Shown here in pieces: positions 9,427-17,823 of a DNA stretch of 64,000 bases; positions within the stretch are counted from its first letter, which is position 1; every line of letters begins with the position of its first letter. Source of the stretch: Vampirovibrionales bacterium (GTDB lineage Bacteria; Cyanobacteriota; Vampirovibrionia; Vampirovibrionales; Vampirovibrionaceae). The notes under the pieces were generated by a model, which saw only the letters and a list, made by a program, of their open reading frames with translations, searched no databases and was not told where the DNA came from. The DNA lies in NCBI GenBank assembly GCA_039794365.1, contig JBDIVN010000009.1, positions 70,833-134,832 on the forward strand, in the 5' to 3' direction. The position numbers were made by a program, and so were the translations under genes.

Positions 9427-10749
9427 ATGTCTCCGCTTCAGGACCACCTTATCCGGCCCATCCAGAAGTTCCTCCGTCTTCTGGCCTCCAGTAGCATCCT
9501 TCTGCTGGCCGCGACGGTTATTGCCCTGGTATGGGCAAACTCCCCCTGGCATGACACGTATCATGACTTCTGGCATGCTCCGGTTACCCTGGGTATAGGT
9601 CCTTTTGTCGTCCAGGAATCCCTTCACTTCTGGATTAACGAGGGCCTGATGGCGATCTTCTTCCTTGTGGTGGGGTTGGAGATCAAGCGTGAGCTGATCG
9701 TGGGTGACCTGTCCTCGCCACGACAGGCGGCGTTACCGATTTTTGCCGCCATTGGCGGCCTTATGGTCCCCGCCCTGATATATTTCCTGTTCAATCCGCC
9801 AGGGTCCGAATTCAGTCAGGGCTGGGGAATCCCGGTGGTGACGGATATCGCCTTTGCCATCGGGGTTCTGACGGCACTTGGAAACCGGGTGCCTCTCGGT
9901 CTCAAGGTGTTTCTGATTGCCCTGGCTATTGTGGACGACCTGGCGGCCATTGTCATGATTGCCCTCTTTTACTCCACCGGCTTGCAGATGTCCTGGATTC
10001 TGCTGGCGCTGGTCGTGCTGCTGGGTCTTCTCATCCTGAACCGGGCGGGGGTGGACAAGACGTCTCCCTACCTCATATTGGGTTTCATCCTCTGGGTCGT
10101 CACGCTTCAGACCGGTTTCCACGCCACCGTGGCCGGGGTGCTGCTGGCCCTGCTGATTCCAGCCCATGGCAAAATTGATCCGGCGCGTTTTCACGAATAC
10201 GGCCAGATGGCGCTGGAGCGCTTTTATAAAGCGGGCATTCCGCCGGACAAGAGCATTATCCTGACCAACCAGGAACACCGGGCCAGCGTGCATATGCTGG
10301 AAAGCCTGTGCGAGGAGGTCCAGCCTCCCCTGCAGGAGGTCGAGCATGCCCTGGTGCCGTGGTCGAGCTTCTTTGTGCTGCCGCTGTTTGCGCTGGCGAA
10401 TGCCGGTGTTCATGTGGAGTTTGCCGCGCTGGGCGACGCCCTGCTTCACCCGGTGACTTTCAGCATTATCCTGGGTCTGTTTTTCGGAAAACAGATCGGG
10501 GTCACGCTTTTTGCCTGGCTGGCAGTCAAAATCGGGCTTGCCAATCTGCCTGCCGGTGTCCACTGGCCGGCCATCTATGGCGCCGGAATTCTCAGCGGCA
10601 TCGGCTTTACGATGTCCATCTTCATTTCCATGCTGGCCTTTACCGATCCCATGCTGATCGACTATGCGAAGATCGGTATCCTGGCGGCCTCCCTGATGTC
10701 CGGGGTTCTCGGCGCCCTGGTGCTGAGGGTCACGCTGCCTGCCCGGTAA
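9427..10749 (+). CDS. nhaA: Na+/H+ antiporter NhaA
   Basis: WINEGLMAIFF, GLEIKRE, TDIAFA, LAIVDDL (DD motif), GIGFTMSIFI. Confidence 0.95.
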   Translation: MSPLQDHLIRPIQKFLRLLASSSILLLAATVIALVWANSPWHDTYHDFWHAPVTLGIGPFVVQESLHFWINEGLMAIFFLVVGLEIKRELIVGDLSSPRQAALPIFAAIGGLMVPALIYFLFNPPGSEFSQGWGIPVVTDIAFAIGVLTALGNRVPLGLKVFLIALAIVDDLAAIVMIALFYSTGLQMSWILLALVVLLGLLILNRAGVDKTSPYLILGFILWVVTLQTGFHATVAGVLLALLIPAHGKIDPARFHEYGQMALERFYKAGIPPDKSIILTNQEHRASVHMLESLCEEVQPPLQEVEHALVPWSSFFVLPLFALANAGVHVEFAALGDALLHPVTFSIILGLFFGKQIGVTLFAWLAVKIGLANLPAGVHWPAIYGAGILSGIGFTMSIFISMLAFTDPMLIDYAKIGILAASLMSGVLGALVLRVTLPAR

Positions 10750-11260
10750 CAGGAGAAATCAACCGAAAGGCTGGTTTTCGGGACTTTTTCCCGAAGGGTC
10801 TTCCTTCCGGGTGGGTGTCGTGTCCACCGTTGCGGGAAGCAACCCTGTTCCGGAATCGCGCCGGATTTGGACTCCAAGCCGCCCGAAGGCGGATCGGGGC
10901 TGTTCCGTGAAGATTTTTTCATGAATCCCGAAAGATTCTGAAAGAGAAATCCTCCTGGGAACACCAACGCTTTCGGCTGATGATTTCATTGTAGGTTTTT
11001 CCCTTTCGCCCGACTATTGCCCGGTTTTCCGTAGCCGATCTTCCAATGTCCATAAGCTGCATGGCCGGGGCAGGCCGAAAAATCGCCTCAAAGCCTCAGG
11101 GGGCGCAGGGCATAATGGAAGAGAATGGCGACAATTACCAGACAGAGGACATAGAAATGGTAGACGAACTCAGGATCATCGTACCTCAGTCCCGTAAAAG
11201 CCCAGGCTGCCAGCCCTGTTACAAATATACCGAGCAGTTTGGTCATGGGAGTGCCTATTG

Positions 11261-11464
11261 GTATACATGGTATACTACTGTAGTAATCGTTCTGTCAAGC
11301 CTGACGAAAAGGTTTTTGTTGGCGGCGCCCATAAAAAATCCCTCCAGGAAAGCGCAAGGGAGGGAGTGAGGAGAACCCGAATGAGAGAAAAAGAGGGGTA
11401 GTGTAGTCGTCTTTGGTATACATATTCTTATCGTCAGTATACAGAGAATATTGAGTGTATACTG
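11261..11464. promoter_or_regulatory. Cluster of five GTATAC palindromes, putative operator array
   Basis: GTATAC at 11261, 11270, 11416, 11437, 11457; CAGTATAC-N14-GTATACTG perfect inverted repeat at 11435-11464. Confidence 0.45.
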
Positions 11465-11658
11465 AAAGACATTTTACAAAAGTTCAGGATTCTTCTTGGT
11501 TGAAATCCGGCTTGTCGCCAACCGGACGCTTCAGGCAATCCATTGGATAGACGCCGGATTTATTAACTCTTTCTTAACCCTGTCACAAGGAATCCGGCGG
11601 TTGTTTTCATGCAAACGGAGAGTGGGTAGTGTAAGCGTTTAGAAGGAACGTGTGGGAT

Positions 11659-13125
11659 ATGACAGTGGGAAGAATTCCTCAGGGCCAGCAGGCCCTGGGT
11701 GGCAGTGCAGGTATGGAGAGAGTGGGCGGACCGAAGGCGGGTCCGGAAGTGGCGACAAACAGAGAGGCGCCGCGACCGCAGACCGAAATCCGCCCAGGCG
11801 AGCGCGGCAGCGATATTCCCCAGTTCACGCCGAATTTCATGGCGATGGGGCAGCGGCAGGAGCCGGCACTCGCCCGGAACACGGACGCGATGGCAGAGGC
11901 CGGGAATGCTGCGGGTCAGAACCCGTTCCGGCTTGCTTCCGATACCGGTGGTCCCCAGGGAGCCGCTCCGGATGACGGCAAGCCGTCGGGCGACTCAGCC
12001 GGCGAATCGGCTGACGAGTCGTCCGGGGACAAGGCCGGTTCGTCGGCGGACGGCACGAAGCCGGAAGGAGAAAAGTCGAAGGACCCGGCGAAGGATTATG
12101 AAAACGGCAGCCGCAAAACCGGTGAAAACCTGGACAAAACCCTGGAAAAACTGGACGGGCAAGGTAAGAAGGCAACTGACGAACAGACGAAGCAAAAGAT
12201 TGAGGAACAGAAAAAACGGGCGGAAGAGCTTAAGAAGCAACTCGATGAACTCAACGGCAATGACAGGTTGAAGCCCGGCGAGAAGCTTGAGAAGCTGAAC
12301 CGGCTCAACCAGGAACTGTCCGAATTGCAGCAGCAGGTGGATAACCTGGGTCGCTCGTTACCGGAACAGGAAAACCCGGACTCGCCCGAATCACCGGGTG
12401 AGCCGGGCGCTCCTCCGGAAAATGGCAGCCAGCCGGACGGTGGCAATCTGGATAATGGCGGCGGCAGCCCGCCGGAAGGTGGAACACCTCCCGAAGGTGG
12501 AAACGAAGGCGGTTCTCCGCCGGGTCTTGACGGCGAAAACGGCGGTGCTCCTCCGGGCGGTGGAGAACCGCCGGGTGGTGGCGGTGCGCCCCCAGGCGGC
12601 GAGGCTCCTCCGGGTGGTGGTGCCCCTCCGGGCGGTGGCGGCGCTCCTCCGGGCGGCGGTGGGGAGGACCCCTTCAACAACGCCCCGCCGGGCAACGAGG
12701 AAAACCTGGACAGGCCGAACAGTCCCGACGGCGGGCAGCTTGACCCGAAATTCGTGGAAAAGGTCAATGGCGCCGATCTGGATGAGTTGCGCCGGATGAA
12801 ACAGGACCTCCAGAACCAGCTGGAGGACAAGAAGCGCAAGTTTGACGATCCGGATACGCCCAATGACGAGAAGCGCAAGATCGGCAACGAAATGCTGGAG
12901 TTGGGCAAACAGATGGAAAAGATTGACGAGGCCATCAAGGAGAAGGAGGCGGAAAAACCGGAGGACAAGAAGTCCGAAGACAAGAAGGATGAAAAGAAAC
13001 CGGAAGACCCGGCGAACAAGGACAAGCCGGGCAGCGACGGCGATGCCGGCAAAGTGAAGGAAACGGCGAAGCCGACTGCGGGAGAGAGCGGAAACGGGAT
13101 ACAGGCTCCCAGGCGCATCGCCTGA
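11659..13125 (+). CDS. Low-complexity hypothetical protein with coiled coils and (GGAPP)n repeats
   Basis: Two charged helical segments flanking GGAPPGGG repeats; AAGGA RBS; coding-like codon usage. Confidence 0.75.
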   Translation: MTVGRIPQGQQALGGSAGMERVGGPKAGPEVATNREAPRPQTEIRPGERGSDIPQFTPNFMAMGQRQEPALARNTDAMAEAGNAAGQNPFRLASDTGGPQGAAPDDGKPSGDSAGESADESSGDKAGSSADGTKPEGEKSKDPAKDYENGSRKTGENLDKTLEKLDGQGKKATDEQTKQKIEEQKKRAEELKKQLDELNGNDRLKPGEKLEKLNRLNQELSELQQQVDNLGRSLPEQENPDSPESPGEPGAPPENGSQPDGGNLDNGGGSPPEGGTPPEGGNEGGSPPGLDGENGGAPPGGGEPPGGGGAPPGGEAPPGGGAPPGGGGAPPGGGGEDPFNNAPPGNEENLDRPNSPDGGQLDPKFVEKVNGADLDELRRMKQDLQNQLEDKKRKFDDPDTPNDEKRKIGNEMLELGKQMEKIDEAIKEKEAEKPEDKKSEDKKDEKKPEDPANKDKPGSDGDAGKVKETAKPTAGESGNGIQAPRRIA

Positions 13126-13235
13126 TTGAAGCTTGTGTTTCCGGACTGAGCATAAGGATCATTCCCTTCGGGAAATGACGGGGCGCAATGCCCTGGGATT
13201 GGTAGCGAAAAACCCTCACAGAAGGAAGACCCTCT

Positions 13236-14672
13236 ATGAGCAATATGCGTGTGGGAAGCGGACAGCAACGGCAGACCGCTTGGCAGCAGCCCCAAAGGCA
13301 GGCTTCCGGGCAGTCACATGCCAATTCACGCCCCATTGGGCGGCAAACTGGCGGAACCGGTGGACAGCAGCCGACGTCGCCGGGTCAGGGCCGGGGCTAT
13401 TCACCGATGTCCGGTGTCCGGCAGGCCCCGTTTCAGCCGACGGATTTCCGGACGGATTTTGCCCGGCTGGCCGGTCTGGAGGTGGACTCCTATCCCTATC
13501 AGCCGGAGGACCGACGGGAGGCAGACCGGGCACCGGCAGGGCCGAGCCGGTCACTACCGCAGGCGGACGACGGCGGTGGCCGCAATAATCAGACAGGCGG
13601 GACAGGGCAGACAGTCCGGGCCACCCGGCACGATCAGCCGGGTGAGGGCGGCAGGTCCGGCAATGGCATGGAGGCGGCCCGGTCAACACAGACCCGTCGG
13701 ACCGGAGAGCAGGAGCCTTCCGGGAAAGAGCGCTCGACGGCATCCGATGATGCGAAATCTCCGGAAAAACCGGAGGGCAGGTCTTCTGAAGGCAAGTCCT
13801 CCAAGGACACGCGGGAGACGGATGACACTCCCAAAAGCGGCAGGGGCTGGATGGAGAAGATCCGCAACGCCAACCTGCCCAAGACGGGCAAGGAATGGGT
13901 CAACTACGTCAAGGACAAACTGAAGGGGCTACTCAGCTCGATTCGAAACGGCATTGCCGGTCCCTTCAGAAACCAGATGGACCGTAACAACGGCTGGGCA
14001 TCCAACGTGATTTTTTCCGGGGCGTCCAACAGCCAGCACACGGTGGGCTGGATGAACCCTCATGGCAAGACGGCGATGGGCTACGCCCTCTCCAGATCCC
14101 TGCGGGATTCGCCCTCGCTGGTGGATGCCATGAACAAGTTCTCCGGACGGCCCTATCCGGGTTTTCCGCGTAATGCCATCGCCAAGTACTGGCATGCGGA
14201 CAAGGTTGGCGGGGATGGCTATTTCCAAAGCCCGCTGCGGTTTTCGAAAAACACCCAGAGCGGCCCGAACCCCACGAAAAACGTCTTCGTCGGTGTTTCG
14301 GGCGGTCCGGAAGGCGCCTTTTCCCGGAGCATCCAGGATATCGGCAAGGTGATGAAGGAGGAGTTCAACACCACCAACTTCATCTACCACCGGGGGACTG
14401 CGCGGGCGGACCAGCAGATTGCAAGCGCGTTCGGCAAGATTCGGGAGTACGCCCTGAAAAACCCCGATCAGCCGGTGTCCGTGGCATTCATGCTGGATAC
14501 CCACGGCGGCACCTCCGGCGGCAACCGGGCCGAAGGCTCCGGTCACGGGTTTACCGGACAGGTGGACGAGCGAACCCTGAAAAACCTGGTGAATCGCTAC
14601 CTGGGCGGGCTGGACAACGTGGGGGTCCATATGATCGTCAGCGCCTGCCATTCGGGAGCGTATCTCATGTAA
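13236..14672 (+). CDS. Disordered N-terminus plus C-terminal caspase-hemoglobinase-fold (clan CD) peptidase-like domain
   Basis: FMLDTHGG (His-Gly) and MIVSACHSG (Cys) motifs in the expected order after hydrophobic strands. Confidence 0.65.
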   Translation: MSNMRVGSGQQRQTAWQQPQRQASGQSHANSRPIGRQTGGTGGQQPTSPGQGRGYSPMSGVRQAPFQPTDFRTDFARLAGLEVDSYPYQPEDRREADRAPAGPSRSLPQADDGGGRNNQTGGTGQTVRATRHDQPGEGGRSGNGMEAARSTQTRRTGEQEPSGKERSTASDDAKSPEKPEGRSSEGKSSKDTRETDDTPKSGRGWMEKIRNANLPKTGKEWVNYVKDKLKGLLSSIRNGIAGPFRNQMDRNNGWASNVIFSGASNSQHTVGWMNPHGKTAMGYALSRSLRDSPSLVDAMNKFSGRPYPGFPRNAIAKYWHADKVGGDGYFQSPLRFSKNTQSGPNPTKNVFVGVSGGPEGAFSRSIQDIGKVMKEEFNTTNFIYHRGTARADQQIASAFGKIREYALKNPDQPVSVAFMLDTHGGTSGGNRAEGSGHGFTGQVDERTLKNLVNRYLGGLDNVGVHMIVSACHSGAYLM

Positions 14673-14851
14673 ACGGAATATTCATTCAAAAGCGGCTGGA
14701 AGGAGCCCCGGAGAACAAAGCCTGGCTGAGGGCAGTCGGTAGCCCCAAGCCAGGTTTTCCGGCGCCTGAAAATTTCTGTTCCCTTTTGCGGTTTCCAATG
14801 TCATAATCCGGGTATTGCGGGTCATACGGGAAATACAGGGATTTTACATGC

Positions 14852-15147
14852 ATGCCGACGGTGTTGCTTCTGATCATTTCCAAAAGTACAAGACGTCGCC
14901 GTTGTGGATCGTCATCCTGGCCAGTTGGGGCATCGCCTTTTTCAAGTACTGTTTCCAGGTGCCCGCCAACCGGATGGGGCATGGCGTCTTTACCACCGCC
15001 CAGCTCAAGACCATGCAGGAAGTGATCACCCTGGCGGTGTTCTGAGGCTTCTCCGTCCTTTACCTGAGGGAACCCCTGAAATGGAATGACCTGGTGGGTT
15101 TCGCATTTCTCATCGGCACCGTCTTCTTCGTTTTTAAAAAATGGTGA
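14852..15147 (+). pseudogene. DMT/DUF486-family membrane protein pseudogene
   Basis: MPTVLLLIIS, then frameshift into KYKTSPLWIVILASWGIAFF...QVPANRMG...QLKTMQEVITL; in-frame TGA at 15043-15045; continues GFSVLYLREPLKWN..FKKW-stop. Confidence 0.75.
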
Positions 15148-15250
15148 GGCCTCCGGACAACTGGCTGATTGCCGGGAGGGCAGCAAAGCTGGAACAATGC
15201 GGGGTGGCCTGTCCTGTGTGATTTTGGGATCATCCCCCGGCATGCCCGGC

Positions 15251-15275
15251 TGTCATTCCCCGAAGGCGGGAATCT
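15251..15275. repeat. CGTC-type REP-like palindrome
   Basis: TGTCATTCCCCGAAGGCGGGAATCT, inverted relative to the 5387 copy. Confidence 0.65.
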
Positions 15276-15345
15276 GTTCCACAGGGTATCCGTATGGTTT
15301 TAAAAGGAGTCATACTATGCCAGGGGACGATTCCGGGAGATCCTG

Positions 15346-16254
15346 ATGACGCGTTTCCCGATACTGCTGCAAGCCACGCCGGACGTTCCTGACAACGTCA
15401 AGGTGCCGGTAAGTCAGACCATGCAGACGCTTCAGGAACTGGTGGACGGATTTTACGCCGTTCTTCCCTATATTGTCATCGGTATTATCGTCATCATCCT
15501 TTTCATGATTATCGCCCGGCTGGCCCGCGGACTGACCGTCCATCTGGGGCATAAAACCGCCCTGGACCCCTCGCTGGCGCAAATTCTGGGCGGTATCTCA
15601 TCCTTCCTGATCGTTTTGCTTGGCTTGCTGATTGCGGCAGTCATCGTGTTTCCCGGTTTCAAGCCTGCCAACCTGCTGACGGGTCTGGGGATCACCACCG
15701 TTGCCCTGGGCTTTGCGGCCAAGGACATTCTCCAGAACTTTCTGGCGGGAATTTTCATTCTGTGGCGCAAGCCGTTCGTCGTGGGGGATCAGATCAAGAC
15801 CCTGGGCTACGAAGGCACCATCATCGGCATCAATATCCGTTCCAGTCGGCTCAAGACTTACAACGGCGAACTGGTGGTCATTCCCAATGGCGATATCTAC
15901 ACCAGCCCCATCCTGGTCTACACCACATATGATTTTCGTCGTATCCACCTTAAGGTTGGCATTGGTTACAAAGACGACATCGAGGAGGCCCGCGGGATTA
16001 TTCACCGGATTCTGAGCGACAACGTGCTGAAAGATCCGCCGCCGGAGGTTCTGGTGACGGATCTGGCGCCGGATGCGGTGGTGTTTACTATTTACTTCTG
16101 GGCGGAACCATGGAAGACCACGGAGATCCAGATGGTGGATCTCGTGGCGACGAAGCTCAAGTACGCCTTTGACGAGGCGGGCATCGACATTCCGTATCCC
16201 CAGCGGGTCATCCATTACGCTTCCGATGCGCGGGAGGATTTTCGGCAGGGATAG
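15346..16254 (+). CDS. mscS: Small-conductance mechanosensitive channel family protein
   Basis: Three TM helices, GFAAKDILQNFLAG, KPFVVGDQI, VVIPNG, IDIPYPQR. Confidence 0.92.
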   Translation: MTRFPILLQATPDVPDNVKVPVSQTMQTLQELVDGFYAVLPYIVIGIIVIILFMIIARLARGLTVHLGHKTALDPSLAQILGGISSFLIVLLGLLIAAVIVFPGFKPANLLTGLGITTVALGFAAKDILQNFLAGIFILWRKPFVVGDQIKTLGYEGTIIGINIRSSRLKTYNGELVVIPNGDIYTSPILVYTTYDFRRIHLKVGIGYKDDIEEARGIIHRILSDNVLKDPPPEVLVTDLAPDAVVFTIYFWAEPWKTTEIQMVDLVATKLKYAFDEAGIDIPYPQRVIHYASDAREDFRQG

Positions 16255-16486
16255 CCCCTCCCCCAGGCGGAGGATTTTGGGACGGTCCGTCCCGGAAAAA
16301 TCAGGGGGTCTTTTCCAGGAAGTCCCTCATGATAAAAGACGTTCGGATGGAATCGATTCCAGGCAGATGATGGGGAGCAGCTTTAACCGGCAGCTCTCAT
16401 GTGCTAGAATGGACCACTTGAGTGCAGGTTGAGAGACAGGCATGATGGTCGTGTTTTGAAACCGTGAATCACGGATAGGAGGCTTT

Positions 16487-16930
16487 ATGAAATCACAGGC
16501 GCTTCAGAAAGTCGCAGCAGCGCTGGTTCTGGCTGCGATGTTCGGTTTCGTCGGCGTTGACGCCCAGGCCAGGCCGAAACCCCAGCAAAATAACGTTGCC
16601 CAGCCCCAGACAGGACAGCAGGCCCAGACGGGACAGCAGGTTCAGGTTACGGTCAACGACGAGGATCTGAAAAACTTTGCCAAGGCGATAATCGCCGTGG
16701 AAAAAATCAAGGCGGAGTACCGTCCCAAGGTGGCCGATATCAAGGATGATCAGGCCCAGCTCGAGACACTGAACCAGGAAGCCACCCGGCGGATGGTTCA
16801 GACCGTAGAGGGGTTCGGGCTTTCCATCGAGAAATACCAGTTGATCCTCCAGGCCGCCCGCCAGGACGAAGCCTTCAAGGAGCGGGTCAACAAACATATT
16901 GAAGAGGAGCAGAAAAAGGCTGCCGGTTAG
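16487..16930 (+). CDS. Secreted DUF4168-like protein
   Basis: Signal peptide (..DAQA), Q-rich linker, LKNFAKAIIAVE...GLSIEKYQLILQAARQD. Confidence 0.75.
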   Translation: MKSQALQKVAAALVLAAMFGFVGVDAQARPKPQQNNVAQPQTGQQAQTGQQVQVTVNDEDLKNFAKAIIAVEKIKAEYRPKVADIKDDQAQLETLNQEATRRMVQTVEGFGLSIEKYQLILQAARQDEAFKERVNKHIEEEQKKAAG

Positions 16931-16956
16931 GGGCCGTTCCGTCTCCGGATATTCAT

Positions 16957-16990
16957 GCAAAACACCCGCCTTTCGGGGCGGGTGTTTTGC
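16957..16990. terminator. Intrinsic terminator
   Basis: GCAAAACACCCGCC-TTTCGG-GGCGGGTGTTTTGC. Confidence 0.8.
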
Positions 16991-17142
16991 ATCTTTCTGA
17001 AACCCTTTCTGGAACTGGGATACACCCTTTGGATCAGTCAAAAGTATAATAGATCCCGAATTTTAAAAATGTTAGGGTGGTCATGAGCTTTTCCCGATTC
17101 GTATTGGACGGGGGAAGATGCTATTAATCAAGAACAGGAGGC

Positions 17143-17562
17143 ATGATGAATTTTTCTATAAACCGGAAACTTGCGTTGGTTGTTGGAATTTCCCTTGTGA
17201 TAGGGGGTGTTGGCCTGAGTGTGGACGCCCAGCAGACGAATCCGGGATATCCGCCCCCGGCAAACCAACAGACGGATATAACACTGAACAGCCAGGAAAT
17301 CGACTCCTTTGCCAAAGCCCTGATCTCGGTAGAGCAGATCCGGGCGGACTTCCAGAGGCGAATCACGCCCGATGCGGATGCAAAGGAAGTCCAGGCCCTG
17401 AATCAGGAATATGCCCAGGAGGTTCATCAGGCCGTGCAGAATAACGGCCTGACCCTGGAAAAGTACCAGCGGATTCTTCAGGCCGCCCAGCAGGACAAGG
17501 CCCTCCAGCAGCGCGTGACCGAGAAAATCGAGGAGCAGGGCGGCGGCACGCCGGGGCATTAA
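17143..17562 (+). CDS. Secreted DUF4168-like protein, paralog of 16487..16930
   Basis: Signal peptide (..DAQQ), IDSFAKALISVE...GLTLEKYQRILQAAQQD. Confidence 0.75.
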   Translation: MMNFSINRKLALVVGISLVIGGVGLSVDAQQTNPGYPPPANQQTDITLNSQEIDSFAKALISVEQIRADFQRRITPDADAKEVQALNQEYAQEVHQAVQNNGLTLEKYQRILQAAQQDKALQQRVTEKIEEQGGGTPGH

Positions 17563-17593
17563 GCCCGGCTTCGTGTCACGCTGTCCGTATGAA

Positions 17594-17621
17594 AAACACC
17601 CGCCTTTAGGGGCGGGTGTTT
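17594..17621. terminator. Intrinsic terminator, near-identical to the 16957 hairpin
   Basis: AAACACCCGCC-TTTAGG-GGCGGGTGTTT. Confidence 0.8.
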
Positions 17622-17623
17622 GA

Positions 17624-17823
17624 CTAGGTAGAATCGACATTTGAACCTGAAACATTTGCCGTCATCCATATCCCTGCCTTCGCAGGAATAAATTCCAAAG
17701 GGGAATCCATTCCGGTTTTTCCGGTCAATGGATTCCGGCTCACCCATATCCCTTGTTCAAGGGCTATCGGCGTCCGGAATGACAGGGCGCTTCTCACTCG
17801 GATTAAATGTCGATTCTACCTAG
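17624..17823. mobile_element. MITE-like element, copy 2 (200 bp, inverted)
   Basis: Perfect 19-bp terminal inverted repeat CTAGGTAGAATCGACATTT; shares 109 identical nt plus 42 nt (2 mismatches) with copy 1. Confidence 0.85.

Noticed and set aside
10977-10983. CTGATGA as a hammerhead ribozyme core
   Set aside because: No flanking stems or downstream GAAA in the required arrangement.
11046-11369. 107-aa ORF in the nhaA-effector intergenic gap
   Set aside because: No RBS, atypical composition, and it overlaps the putative operator array.
11581-11588. TGT[C/T]ACAA upstream of several accessory genes (11581, 37671, 61720)
   Set aside because: Short AT-rich word at variable distances with no second half-site; chance not excluded.
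12460-12660. GGC/CCG-rich repeats as a CRISPR array or DNA-level repeat element
   Set aside because: In-frame, codon-degenerate GGAPP peptide repeats with no constant repeat-spacer structure; no cas, tRNA or rRNA genes were seen in the window.
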